From assembly GCA_964106645.2 (NCBI GenBank), contig OZ067039.1: a stretch of 64,000 nucleotides of DNA. One strand, written 5' to 3'. This stretch comes from Podarcis pityusensis (taxonomy: Eukaryota). Position numbers and translations under genes: made by a program. Below, in pieces: positions 48,576 through 62,300 of this stretch (position 1 is the stretch's first letter; the number at the start of each line of letters is the position of its first letter). The notes under the pieces are model-generated. The model worked only from the letters and a program-made list of their open reading frames with translations. It was not told the origin of the DNA and ran no database searches.

Positions 48576-51500
48576 TATCTGCTACAAAGTAGTGTTAGAA
48601 ACAGGGATAGAATAGCTAGGTGCCCAATGGCTTCTGGGACCTGGGTTGTGGGCGCCAAAACAGAATGTCTAGACGCCAGGGGGAGGGGGGTCAGCAACAC
48701 TTCTTATTTATTATTTTGATAAGCATGAATTAATATGCAATTCACATAAGTGACACATTGTTAATATCACATTTTTAGCAGAAATTGTTAGTACATGTTT
48801 AATTTGGTGTTTAAAATAAAAGTATTGGTACCGTACTTCAGTTTTCAAAACACTCTACTCTTTATTGTTCAACTCCTTAACATATTGTCTATCCTTAACA
48901 TATACTTTGAGGCTTCAAAGCACATATATTTCAGTAATCCTTGAGTGACAACCAGGCGCAAAAAAAATGGCACTCAGACTTTTTGAGGTGCTCGCAAATG
49001 GAGAATCTTTGGGCGCAAAATGCACCTGCTAATTTTGAGCCCTGCTACAAATATATCAAATATGTATTTTTAATTTTTAAAAATCCACTGTGGTGTGTTC
49101 AAAGTACTATTTACGAGTTAGTTTCTAACAATTGCTAAATACTGAAAAGCCAGACATTAGTTTATGAGGAAATAAAATTACTTCTGCCCTATTAACCAAC
49201 ATCTGTCTTCCTTTTCCATCCCAAAGGTGTCCTGAATTGAGCTATAGTTGTCAGGCATCCTATGGGGATGGGATGGGCATTTAGGAATATATTTCACTCC
49301 AGAATGTATATCTGGAAAGAGTTATACTCTGCACTTGTAGCTACTTAGTTGTCCTTTAAACATGGTAGACTTCAAAGGTATTTAAAATGTGTTCCAAACT
49401 ATTCCAATTACTCACAGACATACTAGATAGAGAGATCAGCTGTTGGCAGGATCTTGCCAATGTTGGAAGACTCCCAAGCACCTGGTAGCCAAGCACCTAC
49501 AAGTTTAAGTTTGGCATTTAAAACCATGACAAAGGCAACCCCAAAATGTGATGCTGGCCCTAGGAATTAAAACCACTTTTCCAGTCTTGCACCCAACCAC
49601 CTCTATGTCACTAAGTAATGGGTGCAGCAATTACTAATGCTGTTTTCCATTTTTTCCCCTTTGTTGCTTTTATATCCTGACTTTCTTCCATCATAGAACC
49701 AAAGGTGGTGTACATGTAGTTTATTACAGATTATCAATTTAAAGCTATTCTTTTCTTTCAGCCCTGCAGAAAATATTTTTCTTTTTGCAAAAAGAGAGTT
49801 ACAACTCTCCAGTTATATTACTTTCTCAGATGTCTGGAATTTTTTTAGGCAAGTCTCAAGCAGAAAATAAAAGCAGTGTTCTCTTTTTGGTGCAAGTTAC
49901 AATTGCAATAATCTTCTAAGCACACAAAAATGGTAATTTTACTTTTTAATATAATTTTACACGGAAATATTGTATACCGCACAGAGGTTTTTTTAAAAAT
50001 AAGACATTTATAAATGCATTTAAATAAATAAAATAATGTGGCCACCTCTAACAGAGTATCATAATGCTTAGGACAACATATATGTGTATATGTAACTTGA
50101 AACAAACATGTGCATACATTTTAGGAGATAAATTAAAATCAGCTTTCTGCTTAGAAATTAATCTATTTATCTGGAATTGTCATTTGAAATCCTAAACTTC
50201 TTTTACATGATAGGCACCTTCCTCTCCACCACAGCAAGTAAGTGTTATGTCACAAACATCCCAAAGGAAGATTAGGACTTCAAGTGGGACATAAGCAGCA
50301 GGAAGAGCAGGTCAACTTCCAACCCAGTCAAAACCGATTAGCCATGCTAAAAATATACAAAAACTCCATTGCAAGGCAGCAAAGGTTACTGATTACATAG
50401 TACACTTTTCACAGCCTCCCAAATGCCAAGTTTAGCCAACTACCAAAGTGATGCTCTTCTTCCTTAACCTCGAGACAAACATTTTAAGGCTCAGCTATTA
50501 TTAGATGCAAAGGCCATGTCTCACACACTCCTTCTGACCGTTCTGAACCCCCTTCTCCATGTAGCCAAACTTTAATGATATGATAGCCTTGAAGAATTCT
50601 CATTCAGTTTCCAATATACCCCACTGGGTAGTGGGTTAATTTGTTCACTCTCCTCCCTCTCCCCCATTGAGAAATAAAATTATATTAACACACATTTCAA
50701 TGTTCGGCTCAGGGACAAAATCTTTTAAGCAAACTACTACTTAAATTTCATGTTTATATGATGATGAAAAGTGTACTAAGCACTTAATGTATTTTGGGAA
50801 CATAATGTAGGAACATATTATAATACAAGAAACGTATTCTGGCAACCAGTGGACGATATCCAATATTAGTCATACTCAGAGTAGAACAACTGAAATCAAT
50901 GGAATTATGTAACTTAAGCACCTTGATTTCAATGGGTCTACTCCAAATATGGCTTAATTAGCTATCACTCAGAAATTTCGAAATATCAGGGGTCTGAATT
51001 TCAATAAGTATCATATAACAGGTACAGCAAGTGACAAGGTTTTAAAAGGGGATATTAACAAATATATCAGAACCTACAGAATTCTGGGGAAATTCTCCTT
51101 TCATTCTTTGTGAACTTTGGACTAAACTGCATTTATAGGAATATTTTTCATAGTTTTAGACCTCAAGATACTCAAGGCAATGCAATTGTTTGTAATTCAG
51201 TGAAGTCTGAATGTTTAAGCTAGCATCCAGTTTTAACAAGGTCTCATAAATTATGTGCAGAGGTGTATCTAAAATAGTGGTCACAGATATGTCACCCATC
51301 TTTAAGAAATTAAATAGCATGCACAAGTCTACTTCTCTTTAAATGCTAAGTTATTGTTCAGGCATTGCACAAAAGTGGTTGTCCTTATATTTTGGAATGT
51401 GTGTAGCTTTCCACTTCCATACCCACCTTTAATTTTCACTCTAGTTTGAGAGTTTTCCAAAACACATCTGCTTTTCAAAGTCGTCAGCTATACTACATGA

Positions 51501-53789
51501 AACTATGTTTTTAATTAGCAAAATATGGAACAATAATGCTCAAAAATGGTCTGAATGCACTCAACAGTTCTACTGCTGAAGAAATGAAAGTAAAGCTGCC
51601 TGGATCAGAAATCACCTGGCAACCATATGTAAAGTGCTCTGATAGAGTAGGGTATAAATAGTTTAGCAATAATAATGTTTTAACAAATATGGCATTTATT
51701 TGCATACATATTTTATGTATTAGGTAACTGATTACTGCCCATGGAAATTTATGTTGTATCTTAGCAATTTTATTATTCATTCAGTTTAAAGATATACTGG
51801 AAAGCATAAAACTCCTCCAGTTCCATTACTTCTCCTTCCTGTCATCTTTCCTTCAAGTGTACATTTGGTGCTAGCATTCTCGTTGGTTCTCCACTTACAT
51901 ATTTAGATTTCAACAGCATCAGCACTTAGAAAATCTATCCAAGGCCCTCTGCCAAAAGTGGAGTTCTTCTCCAGACATTCAAACATTTGATGTGCAACCA
52001 AGAAACTAAAATCATTTTGTTTTAAGATTGAGCAGAATGTGCTTCAAAACCATATGGAACCTGATGGCAGATTTATTTTCCTATCTTATTAAAGTATTTT
52101 ACTGCTATTGTTTTCATATGTTCCCCACCCAGAAATATCAAGGCTAGGCAGAATTAAAAACCTAAATAAAGGACAAAGCAGAATCACACTGCTATAACGG
52201 AGAATGCATTCTAAACCCAGCCTATTTCAATCAAAACCCTAAGGTTTATGTATAACTCCACATGAACTAATCCCCTAGGAAGAATAAAATAAAGCAATTT
52301 GCATAGAGGCTGCAGGATAACTGTCTTTCAAGAATAAACATATTAAAATACATAGGGTTGCACCCAAATGCTGCTGAGTGTGCCTTCACCTTCCTGTCCT
52401 GTCCTCTATAGTCCCCCACACCCCCAAAAGGGGGCAGGCCTCCAGAGCATATTTGGGAGTTCACAAAAGGCTGCAGTCCCATTGCACAAGTGCAGCTTCA
52501 CTCGCACAGCACTGGATACAACACATGTATTTTCAATTAAAGATCTCATATTAGCTGGTAACAATTTGACGAAATGTTACAACCACACTAAAACCAGCAT
52601 TTAAGGTCTAGGACTTCAGACCTTTGAGAAAAACAAACAAAGGAATGTTAAGAATTTAAGGAATGTTTCAGCATTCAGCATACCTAGAAAAGATTATTTT
52701 GCCAGCCTTAAGACTGCATAGCCAGGAAGGACAAAAACAATACAAGAAGGCACAAGAGCTGGAGGGAAATGGGGTAAGACTTCAACTCCAATAAGAAGGA
52801 TGTTGGCACTTTTTGCTTACAAGGATTCTTAAACTGCTACAAACAATAATCAAGTGCCAGCCAATTTTTCTATCACTGTTAAGCGTATTAAGGCATACAA
52901 ATGAAAGAAAAATGGGAATCAGGGCTCAATTAAACTCAAACCTCACCACGATTTAGCCCCTGAAACTGTTTTTTGATTTTGACTTTACTGCTCAGGTTCT
53001 GTCCTGCTGTTTATGAATGCTTTCCTCCTCATGTCTGAAGAACCACAATCTGATCCCAATGAATGTGTTTCAGAGGACACAGAACTTTCAGTTAGACTTC
53101 AGCACTGCCCCCTCTGAGTCATAACCATTTAGATTGGGGAAAATGCAAAATAGTTTACTAATCACAATAATCAATAAAATGGATTTTAAAAAAATATACC
53201 TAAAGCATTTATCCATTTGTTTTTGGATAAGGGATTGGAAAGATTTGCACTCAGTGTATCTTGAACTCCTTCTTACGAAAGAATGCCTCCTTCCATTTAC
53301 TTACTCCAAATAAGCCTTGCATTTCATTCATACTGCCTGGATCAGCTTTGGTAGACCCCTTTTAGCCTCATCTTTTCTCAGGCTATTATTGGGAAGGAAT
53401 ATATTCTGAGATCCACAAGTAATTCTTCTCAGCTATGATATAAGCTGGCCTAAAGCCCATTAACTCTCACAGGACTAGCTCATCCTGCTACAATATCATA
53501 TCATGCATTTATAGCAGGAAGAGTTGCCAACTCTCATGGTTTCTTAAAGTAACAGCTGCTGAATTTTTCAGCTGACTTAAACAAACAATAAGTTCCAACT
53601 CAGATTTTGAGAAATAAATTGTGTCAACATTCTGTATAAATTATTTTATTCAAACCAATACAGAGATAGAGTGGCTCACTGAAACTTATGCTCCAACCCT
53701 AGCTCAGCCCATTTCATCAACCACACTTTCTCAGTATATAACGAAACAAAGTGGACTCCACAGCACTAGAAAGGGCCTTCAAGAGCAGT

Positions 53790-54240
53790 TGTGTCTCACC
53801 ATTCCATAACGAAACTACGGCCTTGACAGGATCACCTGTTCTATCCACTGAAAAATCCCCACAGCAGTTAGGAATCTATCAGATTCCATCAGTCTCCAGC
53901 AGGTGGACCATCCTAACTGGTTCCCCACCCTTGCAGGGGAGAATTGTCGTTGCAAGTCCATATCTCACAAAGAAGTGGTCTGACCATGATAATGGAGTGA
54001 TATTCACCATCCTTTATTTCCAGACCACTCCTCTCCTCACATGAAGTGAAGACTAAATCAAGATTATGCCCTGTTCTGTGCCTTGGACCAATGACTATCT
54101 GAAAAAGGCCTATGGTTGCCCTGAACTCCCGAGCTGAACGTAAGGAATCCTCACCATGCATGCTGAAGTCACCCAAACCACCTCTCTGGGTTCCTCCAAC
54201 AAGACAACCTCAGCCAGTTTGGTCAGGGAGGCTGTTGAAA
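53790..54240 (-). mobile_element. Degraded L2-type LINE ORF2 endonuclease fragment
   Basis: Translation GDFSMH...GPRHRTGHNLDLVF matches the APE-endonuclease motifs GDFN / PTH..GHTLDLVF. Confidence 0.7.
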
Positions 54241-54351
54241 AACAAGACTATCAATTTCTACCAGCCATGATGGCTGCATACTACCTCCACAATCAGAAAC
54301 CATATGCCTTTGGATACCAGTTGCTGGATATCAAAGGTGGGGAAAGTATGC

Positions 54352-54417
54352 TCTATCTACCTACCTCCCTGCCTGCCTGCCTATCATCTGTCTGTCTATC
54401 TATCTATCTATCTATCT
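54352..54417. repeat. Compound (CCTA/CCTG/TCTG/TCTA)n microsatellite
   Basis: Visible tetranucleotide runs, probably a LINE tail. Confidence 0.8.
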
Positions 54418-54794
54418 GACTTATATACCACCCTCCATCATATCAGGGTGGTTCACAAGGTAAAAATACAAGGTAAAAGCACAAATAGTTAAAACAAAAA
54501 CAACAAAACAATAAACCCCCTCCCACAAACACATTTTAAAGGCTGTAGAAGCATTTGGCAAAATTATAAAAGGAAGACTCAGAAGACCTAGTGGTGTCAG
54601 ACAATGATTGCAATGCATAAACAGCAGCTTCTTAGAAAGGGAAGAGGGCTATGTTATTCCCATTCCTCTACCTCAATCTGGAGGTAGGTCCACGTAGGTC
54701 CTGCTTGCAAACTTCACAAATGGCTGACCACTGTTAGAATAGGAAGTATTTAGAGCAAAGGACTAAATGGCCTTTTTGTCAGATACAACAGGGC

Positions 54795-55140
54795 TCATCT
54801 TGCACAGAAAGGCCCAGTTCAATACCTGGCATGTTCAGGTACTGCTGAGAAAGAGACCAGTCTGAAACACTAGAAAGTCACTGCCAGTCGGAATAGACAA
54901 AGCAGAACCAGATGAAACAATGATTTGACTATGACTGCACACATACTATACCTTTCAAGCAACTCTGAAGCACATTCTTTCCCTTCAGAGAATTCTGGGC
55001 ATTGTCTTTTACCCCTCACATTTTTATAATTCCCAGCAACACTTAACAAGCTATACTGCCCAGAATTCTTGGAGGGCAGAAATGTGTTTTAAAGGTATAG
55101 TGTGTATGTAGCTTTGATGTAAGACAGCTTCATGCATTCA
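54795..55140 (+). mobile_element. Degenerate squamate tRNA-derived SINE split by a palindromic DNA element (about 54933-55112)
   Basis: cccagttcaatacctggcat..ctgccagtc..tagacaa body resumes as taagacagcttc after an insert with inverted arms (atactatacctt / aaggtatagtgt; gaattctgggca / tgcccagaattc). Confidence 0.5.
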
Positions 55141-55237
55141 TGGACAAATTCTGCGGACAGCTTTCCTCAGATTGGGTTGTGCAGGGGAACAGCTGGTAGT
55201 ATGAAATGTTTGAATCATATCTACATATGTCATAAAC

Positions 55238-55364
55238 TAAGAGTGGGGGACCTGTGACCCTCCAGATGTTGCTGAACTCCAACTTTCCTCTGCCTCAGCC
55301 AGCCAGTCATGGATGATAGGAGTTGTAGTCCAACATCTGGACGGCCACAGGTTCCCCACCCCTT
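55238..55364. mobile_element. Palindromic hAT MITE
   Basis: Same core; TSD TCATAAAC / CCATAAAC. Confidence 0.75.
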
Positions 55365-56447
55365 CCATAAACAGTCAAAATTTAAGATTTCTCAATAGGC
55401 AGTGAGCTATAACTGCATTGGAATTGCTGGAAACAGGCAGGAGGGAGGCTGATATTTCTTGCTTGCCTGGATGTCCAGTTTACTCAAAGCAGAGATGAAA
55501 TGCAGCAAGGAGAAACAGATGGGAGTGGATCCAAGCAAGTGGACAAGAAGCTGCTGCACAGGGGTTAGAGGAGCAAGACAGATATTTGTGACTGAGCAGA
55601 AGATACAGAGAGTTTAGAAGGCATGTGTGATTTCAAACGTTTCTGAAGATTGGTTAATGAGAAATATTATGAAGCATTACTTGAGTACATGTTATATACC
55701 TATTTTCCCCATGGCAGCCTTCTATTATGAGAACTGAAGATCTGAAAGGAATACCTGAAGTCAACCAAACATGAAGCAAGATTAAATGTTGTGTTATGTT
55801 TTCCTATGTGGGCTACAAATAACTATGAAGAAAATTAATGTTGTTATTGTAACAGTGAATATTTTAAGATTATCCGCATTATGGCTACATCAGAACAAAC
55901 CTTAAAATTATACACATGTAACCTAGCATGAAGCCAAAGTCCATTGAGAAGGCAACATTGCCTCATGGCTTTTAGGACACTTATAGCTTCTGAACATTGT
56001 AGCAAGGATGCAGCTCTGACAAAACATAGTAAATCAATCTACCAATTAACAAAATAAAGTGAACAGGCAAGACTCTTCAAAGGTGTGTGCCTCCCTTTAA
56101 GTTACAGATTAACTGTAAGGCCTCCATATAGCATACACCTTAGCTTATAGGATCTGCCTATCTCAGTACAAGTATATTCAAGCACAATATGTTCCAATGT
56201 CTACTCAGAATGGGGTATCAGGGAAGCAAAAGCACCATAACAATTATTTAAGCCAAAATATACTTCAAGATGTACGGACTCAGAATGAGCTGATCAGCAA
56301 TCATCACTTGGCCCATTCAAGATATACAAGCATCAGGCTGTGAAGGTTTTGGTTGAAGGAATGCACTCTTCCCATGGAGATCCACCTTCCATTTTGAGAG
56401 TTGTATTCCTTTTGTACACCATTTTTAGATACATATGATTTCACAAG

Positions 56448-56554
56448 GTTGCATCCAACTAAGTTCTAATAAGAGTAGACCCACTGAAATTGACAGACAT
56501 GGGTTTAGTAATTTCAGTGGGTTTACCCTCAGTAGAACTTAGCTGAAAACAACC
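56448..56554. repeat. Unclassified short palindromic repeat (related copies at about 9690-9800, 50855-50970, 59810-59900)
   Basis: GGTTG...CAACC ends; agagtagacccactgaaat / atttcagtgggt arms recur within the window. Confidence 0.65.
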
Positions 56555-57020
56555 ACTGTCTCAATTAATTAGTCCTAGCTGTTGCCTGTAGGAAAGCTTT
56601 TACAATTACAAGCTGCTTCTTGCTAACTTGGTTTCAAGACTTTTAGTTAATTACATTTATATTCTAACCTCTCAGGGAAGCATGCATGGGCAATGTTCTC
56701 AACTAGAGTATGGTAAGCAGAGATCAGCAGTGTTGAAACAGGCAACATTTGGTACAGAAACAGCATGTGACTACTGCTTAATAAGCTACCAACATGGCTT
56801 TGAGTGTTTCTGAAGAATTAAGTCTCATTTCTACACTGCTCGCACATACTTTCTAGGTGAATGTACTCCTGCGACCAGAGAACAGAACAAAGTCTTCCCC
56901 TCTAAATGACCACTATGTTCTGAATGGGAGAAAGGCAATTCTGAGTTAAAGGTTAACTATTTAATTGAGAATCTGAACAGGTTCTCTTCATGCAGTGCAT
57001 TTTCCATCATAAATCCTTAC

Positions 57021-57353
57021 CTGTTGGGGTCTGAGTTTTACTGGGGTGGTGATGTCCACCTACTCCTGGCTGTGGAGGAGGACTTGCTCCTGCTTGTCCA
57101 GTACCTTGCGCTGGGCTCGTGCTGATCAGAGTTCCAGTAGGCAGAGGCTGGCCTCTTTTTAAGAGCTGCTTCTGTTCTTGTTGGCGGAAGCGTGGAGGCA
57201 CCTCACGAGGCAGGTATCGGGATGCAGCTGGCTGCTGCCCATTGGCAGATGCACGCTTGCCATTGCTATTGTTAGTAATAGTGCTGGTGGAAGTACTGGT
57301 ACTGGTACCGGCAGGTTGGGGCTGGCTTAAACTGGTCTTAATAGGTTCTGGCA
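57021..57353 (-). CDS. TNRC6C: TNRC6C N-terminal exon (VPEPIK...[27 protein letters not shown]...TQTPT), 333 nt, phase 1-1
   Basis: Acceptor tcaacag|TG, donor ACAG|gtaag; contains the conserved GW182 N-terminal motif [12 protein letters not shown]. Confidence 0.93.
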
Positions 57354-57659
57354 CTGTTGAAAATGAAATATTAAGAACACATTTATTGGGCGAAAGAATT
57401 AAACAACATTCTTTTAAAAACACAGTTTAACTGAAAGTACATCTCAGTCCACCTTTGTACATTTGCTTTAAATAGAAATTAAGTAGTTTTTCCCAAAGTA
57501 TGTGTTATGGAAAACCAACACATTGTACATTTAAATGCAATCATTTTTCTAAAAAAATATTTATTGGCAACATCGACCGATTATGAAGTATGAAGGGATC
57601 GTATGTGATGTGCATTTAAATAATTTTAGAAACAGGTCCCTAATCCATTATCATGTAGT

Positions 57660-57860
57660 TCCCTAATCATGGCTCCACAACTAAAAAGGCCCCGTCTCAT
57701 ATGCCCATCTGCTTTCTGCATATGAAGGAATGCAAGGCAAGGCTTCAAATGCTGATTTAAGTGGAAGGCCAGGGACATCTAGGATGAGGCAGATTATTGA
57801 GAGATTTAGAAGTCAAAACCAGTACTTTGCATCGGACCTGGAAACAAATCAATAACCATC
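57660..57860 (-). mobile_element. Probable L2 LINE 3' fragment
   Basis: Recalled similarity (aaaaccagtactttg..acctggaaac); heavily degraded. Confidence 0.4.
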
Positions 57861-59063
57861 ACAAATGAAATAATATATGTCCCGTATTATATGCATTTTG
57901 AACCAACTGAGGTTTCTGAGCACTCACACAGAACACCTTATGTTACGATGGCTTAGAAAAACTTCATACAGCATAGTAACAGTTCATGCAGATAAAAGTC
58001 AGCAAATCATAGTTTGGTATAGTTTACACACTAGGTCACAAATGTTCAGGCAGGCCTAGGTACCAAGTTGTTAGAATAATCTCAATATCTTCTTAACAAA
58101 TCACAATGAAGACTCAATTTGTGCCTTCTCATAAATGTCAAACTTCACCTCTTATCTTGTAAATCAGCTGCTGTTACATAGGTACAAAAAGAGATGCCAT
58201 TCCTTCATACCCTGCTTCTCTGAACAATTACAGAATAAAAATGAGCTTAAGTATTCTACAAAATTCACAGCAGCCCTTGTGTTTTACATTCTTTTCAACT
58301 TCATTTGTAAAGCTCAAAGTCAATGTGCTGCACTACATATACAGTACATTTAACACAGCCCAGGAATGTATACTCTGGGAATACAGATGAAATACAGACT
58401 TTGTTTAAACCTCTGCAGCTGCTCAAAACTAGAAACATTTCCTGGGTTTTTAATTGGAATGAAACCAGAGCTAGATCCCCATTGTAGTAACATTATCCAA
58501 GAACAATGAAGTATCAAACAGAGAAATGCTTGTACTGTATTAATCCCCACCACCCCACCCCCTGTAACCTGCTAAGGTTAATATCTAGAGATAGAGGAAA
58601 TCACAAAGTAATTGATGGGAAAGTATAACATGACTTTTTTATCCACAACTGTACCATTAACCAGCTGATGCAGCAGTATTTGCTGTCAGAGTCAGGCTCC
58701 TGGAAAATTTTAAGCAATGTGATCCTATTAAAACAGAATGTGTGTGGGTGTTTACTAAAAGGACTTTGGGGAGGAAATTAGCTAGTTTTACTACATTAAT
58801 TACATTGCCAAATACAAATGTTTTGTACCATTTAAATACAGATATCTTAATACATCTTCACAGAATTTTCTATTTCCTACCTAATCTGATCTATTGGAAA
58901 TCAGTTTCTTTTTTAAAGTTACAGCTAAGAACGTTATCCAGAGATAGTAGTCCAAAACGTTCGTGCAAATTTGATGTGCAACTTTGCTCTGTTGCCATCT
59001 TGCCTTTTCTACAACACTTCTTTTCCCTCCATTTCTAATTTCCAGTATGCTCATCCTGTACCA

Positions 59064-59359
59064 CAGGGGTGGAGAACCTGTGACCCTCCAGATGTTGCTG
59101 GAATACAATTCCCACCATCCCTGACCACTAGGCATGCTGACTAGGGCTAACAGGAGTTGGGGTTCAGCTGGAATAGCTCAGTTGGTAGAGCATGAGACTC
59201 TTGATCTCAGGGTCATGGGTTGAAGCCCCACAATGGGCAAAAAAGATTACTGCAGTGCAGGAGGTTGGACTAGATGACCCTTGTGGTCCCTTCCAACTCT
59301 ACAGTTCTATGACTCTATGATTCTACAAAATATGGAGGGCCACAGATTCCCCACTACTG
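59064..59359. mobile_element. hAT MITE interrupted by a SINE
   Basis: Left arm caggggtggagaacctgtgaccctccagatg; right arm tggagggccacagattccccactactg resumes after the SINE. Confidence 0.8.
59167..59325 (+). mobile_element. tRNA-Lys(CTT)-derived SINE with CR1-type 3' tail
   Basis: 59167-59239 resembles tRNA-Lys (tagctcagttggtagagcatgagactctt..tctcagggtc), followed by the CR1 3' end ggactagatgaccc..ggtcccttccaact and ATTCTATG-like repeats. Confidence 0.85.
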
Positions 59360-62300
59360 TTGTACAGGAAACCATAATATGATGGAGATAAGTGTGTGAT
59401 GTTGACAGCTAGGCTCTCAAGCTGCAAATTCTAATAGTTTCCATTTTGTGGTCCCAAAAGCCCACCTGGCTTAACTAGCTTAAGTCCTTTGTAGGTTGCA
59501 CTGTCAGCATCTGTCAGTCAGGCACAGAAGGAGCTGCCCTTTCATGTGCATGCATGTGTGTGTACACACACACACACACACACACCAAACCAAAGTTTTT
59601 TCATATTAATATATGTTTGGTCAAAATCTCTCACATTCTGACAGGATAGTCTGCATTTGGGAATTTCAGATTTCCCAGTGTTTCCAGTGTACACCCTTCC
59701 TGGCTTTAATAAAATCAGAAAGGGTGACCAACATGATAAGATTGCATTGAATGTGAAATGCTGCCATGGTGGCTTAAACCACAATTCAAAAAATCTATCC
59801 ATTCTTTAGGACTGCACCCCTATGCACACCTCCCTGAGAGTAAGTCCCACTGAACTCAGTGAAACTTAAACAAGAGTAGACATGCCTACAACTGCACTAT
59901 AGAATACTCTTTAAGCATTTGAATGAACTTCTCAGGTTTAAGAACTGCATGTGCAAGTCTGCACTATTTTTTCCTTCATTCAACCATTTGCCACATAATG
60001 AACACATCCAGTTGTTCTACAACTATTATGCATTAAACCATTACATTACCATTGTAAGCTCTCAAGCTTTTACTCCCCAATTACTCCAAACAAAAATAAA
60101 CCTTTCCCTTGTAAAATTTCTCAGGCTACAATCTTCTCTTTGGTGAAAGCCATTTGTTCACAGGAGACAGCACATCTTTAGGCTTTGAAACAGAAGACAT
60201 TGCATGTATCCATTTCACACACAGTGAAAGGCTAGTGTTTATACAGGGAAGATATTAGAAATTGTAGATCTCTAAGCAGGGTTTTGAGACAGGAAACCAA
60301 AATTGTAGGAGGACTAATTCAGAGGTGAATTCTGTATCATCATGCTAAATCTTTGTTGTCTGGCTTTTCTTATTCAGACCTATTCACTTATTTATATCAG
60401 CCACGTGCACACATCCCAGTTATGATGTGTGCCTCAGACCTGCCCTCCAGATTTCTATCAAACATGTCACACATGCTAATCTTGCCTGAAGTAATGAGGC
60501 CAAACTCACTTGGTCTGCGCCTGATTCTCTGGCGCAGAGCAATTGGGAGTCTAGCAGTGAGGGGGTGCTCGTGACACAATGCAACTGGCAGCCCACATGA
60601 GTTATCAGAATGGCTGAAAGAGCACAGAGTGCTAGTCAAATAAAAATATGGCCTTGGGAAATCCACCAATTCCAAGCACTGATCTAAGGCAGACTTTGCA
60701 GAAGCTGCTGTTTGATTGTCCTGCAGGAGAAAATCTAGAAGCACTACTATGGTTAAGTAGAAAAGCACAATGACAACTGAGAAAAGCCAATGGGCTCCAC
60801 AAAGAACCTAGATATGGTAAAGAATAAAAGCAACAACATGTTTTATTTGTACAGAGACAGCCTCAAAACAAATCAAAACAAAAAATTGCACAATGGAAAG
60901 GAAAATTAAATAGCAAATGGATTTGGAGGATAATATTAGAAGCTAAATGTTCCTTTTTAAATTAAGACAAAACTGAAGAATAAACAATTCAGCTTCTCAT
61001 CAACGCTGTGCACATAGCTCCCATTAGTTTTTAAAAAGCAGAAAATGAAAGAGGCAGTCTTAAAAACTATTCAAGACAACCACTCCTCTGTTAATTCTCA
61101 TTCAAAGGGTCAGTTTGGACATTATGCTAAACAATTATATGCTTGGAGATATGACCCCAGAGTCCAGCAGTGACCAGGACCCCAAATTAGATGTTACAAT
61201 GTCACTGACTAAGGTTCCTGGATCTGAGCCTGGTGTTGATGGTCAGAAGACTACTGCACCCAAGGCCGGCAAGCAAAAACCTGCTGAGCCAGTTCTCACA
61301 GTTTCAGGATCCCAAGAGCCAGGACTGTGGGGGTTACCTTTCCCCAGATCTGAGGAAATAAATGCTTCCCACACCACCTCACCAGTCCACAGCACAGACA
61401 GCACACAAGGAGGGAGGCCATGAGGTGCAAGGGCTTTAGGTCAGAACATGGCCCCTTTCAGAGACGCCAGTTTTCCAAAAGCAGATTGAACCTATGAGAA
61501 GGGGCTTAGAGGCAGAAGTTCAAAAGGCTTCAGTTCACTTCTAAGCCTTCCTGAAGCAAGTTGTTCACTAGGAAGTTTCCTTGGTACCGTAACAACAGAC
61601 TCACCCTGCCCTGTGGGCTTCATCATGGGATCAGGACAAGATGGGACATATTGCTAAAACTCATGCTCACTTACACCCCATCCTCCTGTCTGGGGCAGCT
61701 GTAAGGAGGAGAGCAGAAGTATTTGCTTCCAGTCTCAAATGAACCAAAGTTCCTTATTACTTGGGAACTTGAGGGAATTCTAGTTAGTGAAGAAGCCAGG
61801 ATCATATACCAAGGGTTCATCCTGGCTTGTTTAAATTAATCATAGTTTTAACCAGGGCATTTTTTCAAACAGAACTCAGTTCCAGCACCTCTCAGGTGGG
61901 TGCCATTGCCATTATAAGAGAACAAGGAAGGCATTCATGATGAGTTTCAGCACCTCTTTTTCTAGAAAAATAGCAGTGGTTTAAACTAGCCATAGTTTCA
62001 ATAATGGTAGAACAGGGGAGGTGGGAGTACACAAGTCTGAGGCTCATTTGCTTAATCCAAAGTTTAGTCTTATGTTCAAAAAGGCACTGCACCTGCCTTT
62101 TAGACATGCTTCTCTATAAAGTAGATATGTGCCACTTCAAATACAGCTTAACCCACATTCAACACTTGCTTGATGATGTGTGCTGATGGGCTTTTGCAGC
62201 AAAAGTCCTTCTGCTTTACAAAATATCTGATATGCCTTCAAAGTATTTTGTTTTGCTTAAATACATTTAGCAGCTTGGTGGTAGACTCTGCTACTGCAGG

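Larger units (their letters stand above)
505..57353 (-). other. TNRC6C: TNRC6C (GW182 family) gene, partial: span of coding exons in this window; both gene ends lie outside
   Basis: Spliced translation follows human TNRC6C as recalled (MATGSAQGNF, GW repeats, UBA, Q-rich, PAM2 [26 protein letters not shown]). All visible junctions are GT-AG with matching phases. Confidence 0.97.

Noticed and set aside
59167-59239. tRNA-Lys gene
   Set aside because: T-loop mutated (GGTTGAAG), imperfect acceptor stem, and it runs directly into a CR1 tail, so it is a SINE head.
61192-61594. Possible solo LTR (TGTTAC...GTAACA) and a 102-aa ORF
   Set aside because: No convincing TSD, second LTR or internal domains.
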